A stretch of 32,000 nucleotides of DNA from Desulfocapsa sulfexigens DSM 10523. Its GTDB lineage: Bacteria; Desulfobacterota; Desulfobulbia; Desulfobulbales; Desulfocapsaceae. A program made the translations under genes and the position numbers. Each line of letters starts with the position of its first letter. Within the stretch, counting starts at the first letter, position 1. The stretch lies in assembly GCF_000341395.1 (NCBI RefSeq), contig NC_020304.1, positions 750,001 to 782,000 on the forward strand, in the 5' to 3' direction. Shown piece by piece: positions 28,325 through 32,000 of this stretch. The notes under the pieces were generated by a model that ran no database searches, was not told the DNA's origin, and saw nothing but the letters and a program-made list of their open reading frames with translations.

Positions 28325-28983
28325 TTTCTGCTCCTTGTTTAAATCTTTTCATGGGAATTATTGGTAGCAGATTTTCCACTTAACAGCTTGTTCAAATTTT
28401 CTGGACCACCTCTAGAATAACACTCTCAACTTCTTCATGACGAAGATGAAAACCAAACGCCCTGATATTCTATGGACTTGCCCCAAGGATTATCGAGATG
28501 ATCTCAGCGACAGACGCTTTGATCCTGCCAAGACAGAGACATGGTTAGCCTTTAATTACAGAGCTACGAATAACTACGCTGATCGTCACTATCTTGCCTT
28601 CCTATTGAATGTATTCCCTAGAGTTTCTATCAGCAACTTCTTCAAGAGCCATGGAATCACCATGAACCAAGAGAGGATTGCTCTGTCAACTCTCGTACAA
28701 TGGGTATGGAGATCTGCTATAAGAATGAAGGAGGAAATAACGATTTACTTACCTTCTGAGAGGATGAGAATGCTACTGCAAGGATGGCTTTAGAACAGAA
28801 GTTGTTCTAGAATTCGAAATAGTAGCTATAAATACAATTACTTACGAACTACTCCCCTAAACAACAAGGGGTGTAATGGTGAAAGAAAGTTATCCTTCTA
28901 GATATAATCTTTAGTGATCATTAAGGATAGATCCTAAAGAGATACTTAATAAGTACCTTCTGTGCACAACTCAATGATACCAT

Positions 28984-29100
28984 ATATAGAGTATGACTTA
29001 AGAGCCAGAGAACTCTTCAGCACTATACAGAGTATGACTCAAGAGCCAGAGAACTCTTTAGCACTATATAGAGTATGACTCAGGATCCAGAGTACAGCTC
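28984..29100. repeat. 41-bp tandem repeat, ~2.8 copies
   Basis: The units are 28984-29024 (ATATAGAGTATGACTTAAGAGCCAGAGAACTCTTCAGCACT), 29025-29065 (3 mismatches) and a diverging partial unit from 29066. They lie in a ~780-bp stretch with no convincing ORF. Confidence 0.8.
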
Positions 29101-29248
29101 AAATGTATAACTCAATACTCCCCTTAAGGTCGCTGGAATCAAAAGTAATTAAGGATATATAATGATAGTGTAAGGTATATATCATTACTAGTCCCTTTTG
29201 GTATGTAGCTATTCCCACTAGATTCACAGAGGAGTTAACGACTTAAAC

Positions 29249-29400
29249 TTCTCTAGAGAACTATACTCCAGCTTACCTTCAGCTCTCCATTGAGTACTAC
29301 CATTACATGCCTTCAACTTGCTCGTCTGGATCTAGGCCATGTCAATCAGTGCCTTGTGGCTTATGCATTACCTTCTCCATTATTATTCTTCTCTAGAGAA
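29249..29400. repeat. two further copies of the palindrome TTCTCTAGAGAA, 140 bp apart
   Basis: The copies are at 29249-29260 and 29389-29400, both in the context CTTCTCTAGAGAAC. Each is followed ~25-35 nt later by a similar ACCT(T)CAGCTCTC segment. Confidence 0.6.
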
Positions 29401-29589
29401 CATCACTAGAACTTCTCAAGTACCTCAGCTCTCTCTTTATTATATTCTTCTAAGAGGATTTAAGAGTTAATATTTACTCAGGCTCCAAGCCACATTCTAT
29501 AGAGCAACGGCCCATTAATTTTGGCAGCCCCCGTTATTGAGACTGCCAGGCTGTATCAACCTTTGAGTAGTAGAGGGGGCTACTGTTAA

Positions 29590-30207
29590 TTAAAAAGACA
29601 CAAAGATTCCAGCAGAGAACAGATCCACATCTGACTCCCCAGTTGTACTATCATCACCAACAGTATACCAATCCCACCCAGCCCTAACTCCAAAGTTATC
29701 AGTGAAAGAGTAACGAGCCCCAAGGCCCAGCGCAAGGCCAAATCCATCATCGTCAATAGAGACTGCGTAACCACCACCGGATGCTGAGGATTCCACACTC
29801 CAGTAAAGGAATCCAAGCTTACTGAACAGAGCAAAGCTATCACCAATTGGCCAAGAAGCGGTCGCCACAGCCCCCATTCCACTAGCTGAAGCATTAGCAC
29901 TAACTGATAAGAACTGTGGATACACAGACACCAAGGAGCTTCCAGTAAACTCTCCCAGATCTGTATAGAATGCCTCTACCCCCCAAACAGGAGTGAATTG
30001 ATATCCACCATACACTTTAAAGCCCGTGTCGCTATCGTCACAGGTCAACAAGCCATCACAAACGTCACGGCCATAGGAAGTACCTGCGCTAATACCCATG
30101 TAGAATGCATCTGTACCTTTCACCGATGGGGCTTCTTCTAATGCCACCGCAAGAGTAGATACTGATAATAGTGTTGTAGCTATGGTAATAATAGTTTTAG
30201 TTTTCAT
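29590..30207 (-). CDS. small outer-membrane beta-barrel protein (OmpA-like / OMP_b-brl type)
   Basis: 205 aa. It has a signal peptide ending AVA, an alternating aromatic/Gly pattern, and a C-terminal ...GIFVSF ending in Phe. Confidence 0.7.
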   Translation of the reverse strand: MKTKTIITIATTLLSVSTLAVALEEAPSVKGTDAFYMGISAGTSYGRDVCDGLLTCDDSDTGFKVYGGYQFTPVWGVEAFYTDLGEFTGSSLVSVYPQFLSVSANASASGMGAVATASWPIGDSFALFSKLGFLYWSVESSASGGGYAVSIDDDGFGLALGLGARYSFTDNFGVRAGWDWYTVGDDSTTGESDVDLFSAGIFVSF

Positions 30208-30919
30208 TCTTCTCCTTCTCCTGGTTATCTTCCAACTGGGTCACTGAACCCTGTGTCTCTGATTTCAGTTGAGCCCCTTCAATTTCTACAATGACAATAT
30301 CTAAACCTTCACCATACTTATTATTAATTACTCTGGCAATTCCATCAGCATCATACGATACATCCATTGAAACCGTGCCAACATTCTCATTAAAGCTCTC
30401 TGAGTACTTGGGACTGGACACTAGGCCCGAAAGAGGGCCAAGCAACACTGCAGCCGTTGCTGGATCCATTCCAGATGATTCGTCCCCCATTATCTCTTGT
30501 CCTATATTCCAATTGACTACAATGTCACCAAGATAGTTCGTCTTCTTAGGGTGAACATTGAAGGCATAGCTTAACGCAAGGTTCTGAAGCGGTAGTGTGG
30601 GGTAACCCTCATAATAATTGATACCCGTTAGAACTTGCCTACCCTGATCGAAGTCAAATGCAAACAAACGCCCCGGTAATGTCTTAATGGGAGTACCAAC
30701 AGAACTTTCATTAAAGAATAGTGCACATTGGTTTGTAACGTCTTTACCATTGATTTGAACACTGATTGTCCCTGCCACTAGACCCTGTTGGTCATTCAGG
30801 GCAGACAGGGACTCAACATTACCCTTCGCACCACACCCACCTAAAGTCAGTGACACCAACAATGTCAATATCACAGACAGAATCGGATATGTTAATTGTC
30901 TACGACGTACCATAATCAT
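30197..30919 (-). CDS. lipoprotein of unknown function
   Basis: 240 aa with a lipobox (LTLGGC). It overlaps the downstream OMP gene by 11 nt. Confidence 0.6.
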   Translation of the reverse strand: MIMVRRRQLTYPILSVILTLLVSLTLGGCGAKGNVESLSALNDQQGLVAGTISVQINGKDVTNQCALFFNESSVGTPIKTLPGRLFAFDFDQGRQVLTGINYYEGYPTLPLQNLALSYAFNVHPKKTNYLGDIVVNWNIGQEIMGDESSGMDPATAAVLLGPLSGLVSSPKYSESFNENVGTVSMDVSYDADGIARVINNKYGEGLDIVIVEIEGAQLKSETQGSVTQLEDNQEKEKNEN

Positions 30920-30946
30920 CTCTCTTGTATTCAGTTTATCTTTGTA

Positions 30947-31309
30947 TCAATCATACCGTACTGGTTGTGGAGGCAAGTCAGATGTATCGCAATCAATCTC
31001 CTTGGCAAGAGCAAGTAACCTGATATTCCGATCTAATAGTGCATTCCCCTCAATCCCATCTGCATTTTTAAAGTCCGCCAATCCAGGCCAAACTAAAGCA
31101 CCCACGATAACATCCTGAACATCATCACCATTATTCTTATCAATCTTAGCTGTAGCGACTTCTGTGTTTGACTTATACGCAACTGTTATCTCTTGGCAGA
31201 CGAGATTAAGATCATTCGCTTGCTTCATCATTACGGGGTTAGGATCTCTAGTGTTAGCGCATCCTGTAAATAGAAATAACAAGAGAACAACACCAATAAA
31301 GTTCTTCAT
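30947..31309 (-). CDS. lipoprotein of unknown function
   Basis: 120 aa with a lipobox (LFTGC). It is the first gene of a three-gene minus-strand cluster. Confidence 0.6.
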   Translation of the reverse strand: MKNFIGVVLLLFLFTGCANTRDPNPVMMKQANDLNLVCQEITVAYKSNTEVATAKIDKNNGDDVQDVIVGALVWPGLADFKNADGIEGNALLDRNIRLLALAKEIDCDTSDLPPQPVRYD

Positions 31310-31853
31310 TTTACAATCTCCTTTCAGTGAAACATCTTGACCTTCCCATACTATATTGAGACACTTGCTTGCCGCAATGTCACATAAGTACCAACGCTTC
31401 TACTTTGCATGCCTGAGCGTGTCAACACCAAACATATGTTCAGTATTGACACTCGTTCCCACTTGCGCCCAGAGATACCGATACCACAGACTTTATAAAT
31501 AAATATAGCTACATATTTAATTCCTAAAATTATCTTGGATACCATTCCGCCCACCATCTGAGATACTCTTCATTGCTATCAAAGCTCAAGGCAACAATTA
31601 GCTTCTTATCCTTAACTATAGGTCTTGCTTATCCACACATGAGCACTCTGAGGTAGATTCCAGCTTCTTACCACCAGTTGACTTTATATATTATTCATAA
31701 GGAAGAGAGTGACTACCCTCCACTGGCGGGGGAGCCCAAAGCTAGAGCGACGACCTCCTACCCCTTCAGATTACTCCCCCCACCCTTGTCTTAAATTCGA
31801 GAGATTAAGGTAAAGAGTTAAGGAACCTAATCATAATACTAAGGAGGTTAATA

Positions 31854-32000
31854 ATGGAGATCTACGTAACTAATCTAAGTCAATACAACGCTGGGAAGCT
31901 TGTCGGGGAATGGCTGGAACTACCTTGTAGTGAGGAAGAGCTACAGGATGCTTTAAGCAGAGTTCTAGACCCTGATAAGGAATACTTTATAACGGATACA
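31854..32000 (+). CDS. ardA: ArdA-type anti-restriction protein, N-terminal part (3' end outside window)
   Basis: AAGGAGG at 31841-31847 precedes the ATG at 31854. MEIYVTNLSQYNAGKLVGEWLELPCSEEEL closely parallels the ArdA N-terminus, for example Tn916 Orf18 ...VYIANLGKYNEGELVGAWFTFP. It is not in the ORF track because only 49 codons fit in the window. Confidence 0.8.
   Translation, partial: MEIYVTNLSQYNAGKLVGEWLELPCSEEELQDALSRVLDPDKEYFITDT

Larger units (their letters stand above)
27134..28413 (-). mobile_element. IS3-family insertion sequence, copy 2 (1280 bp)
   Basis: It has the same length, ends and ORF translations as copy 1, at an offset of 6209 bp and in the same orientation. A 3-bp TSD (AGA) lies at 27131-27133 and 28414-28416. 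Confidence 0.9.
26278..28793 (+). pseudogene. P-loop NTPase gene split by IS3 copy 2
   Basis: Walker A is VMGTGKST and Walker B is LIIDET. Segments 26278-27133 and 28417-28793 join in frame (...KQLKNNTLNFFMTKMKT...) once the IS and one TSD copy are removed. The family was not recognised with confidence. Confidence 0.7.

Noticed and set aside
31351-31557. 68-aa minus-strand ORF upstream of the lipoprotein operon
   Set aside because: It has no ribosome-binding site and a hydrophobic, low-information sequence. It lies in the probable promoter region of the 31309 gene.
1-32000. Searched by eye for CRISPR arrays, rRNA, additional tRNAs and tmRNA
   Set aside because: I saw no regularly spaced 25-40-bp repeats with unique spacers and no rRNA-like segments. 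The only tRNA-like sequences are the tRNA-Leu gene and its two partial copies.

Overview
The window has three parts.

(1) 1-8157 is ordinary Gram-negative chromosome. It carries a macro-domain gene tail, ppx/gppA, a zinc-ribbon ORF, a methyl-accepting chemotaxis protein, a small c-type cytochrome, a GT2 glycosyltransferase, an Lpp-like lipoprotein and a GNAT/carbon-nitrogen hydrolase fusion.

(2) 8158-24434 is a ~16.3 kb genomic island at a tRNA-Leu(CAA) gene.
- A P4-type integrase and an AlpA-like excisionase sit next to the intact tRNA.
- A decayed 62-nt copy of the tRNA 3' part lies at the far end, and a third, shorter tRNA-3'-end remnant lies inside at 10202-10224.
- Cargo is a hipBA toxin-antitoxin pair and an AT-rich, tightly packed six-gene operon (10513-17372). 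The operon encodes DndC-like, a 63-aa ORF, DndD-like, an FtsK-type ATPase with a possibly DndE-like N-terminus, an ABC/AAA ATPase, and a DUF4435/TOPRIM-like protein.
- This operon is my main candidate for an undescribed defence system: a phosphorothioation-type modification module joined to a PARIS/OLD-like effector pair, without DndA, DndB, DndFGH, SspE or Pbe partners.
- A replication-initiator-like island gene is split twice, by an IS21-family element (6-bp target-site duplication (TSD)) and by an IS3-family element (3-bp TSD). It reassembles in frame once both are removed.

(3) 24435-32000 is a second integrase-bearing element on the 5' side of the same tRNA.
- It carries a P-loop NTPase gene split in frame by a second copy of the same 1280-bp IS3 element.
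- It has a ~780-bp non-coding stretch with 41-bp tandem repeats and three copies of a 12-bp palindrome.
- It also carries an outer-membrane protein plus two-lipoprotein operon and the start of an ardA anti-restriction gene.

No CRISPR array or rRNA was seen. All family assignments come from reading motifs in the translations; no database search was run.
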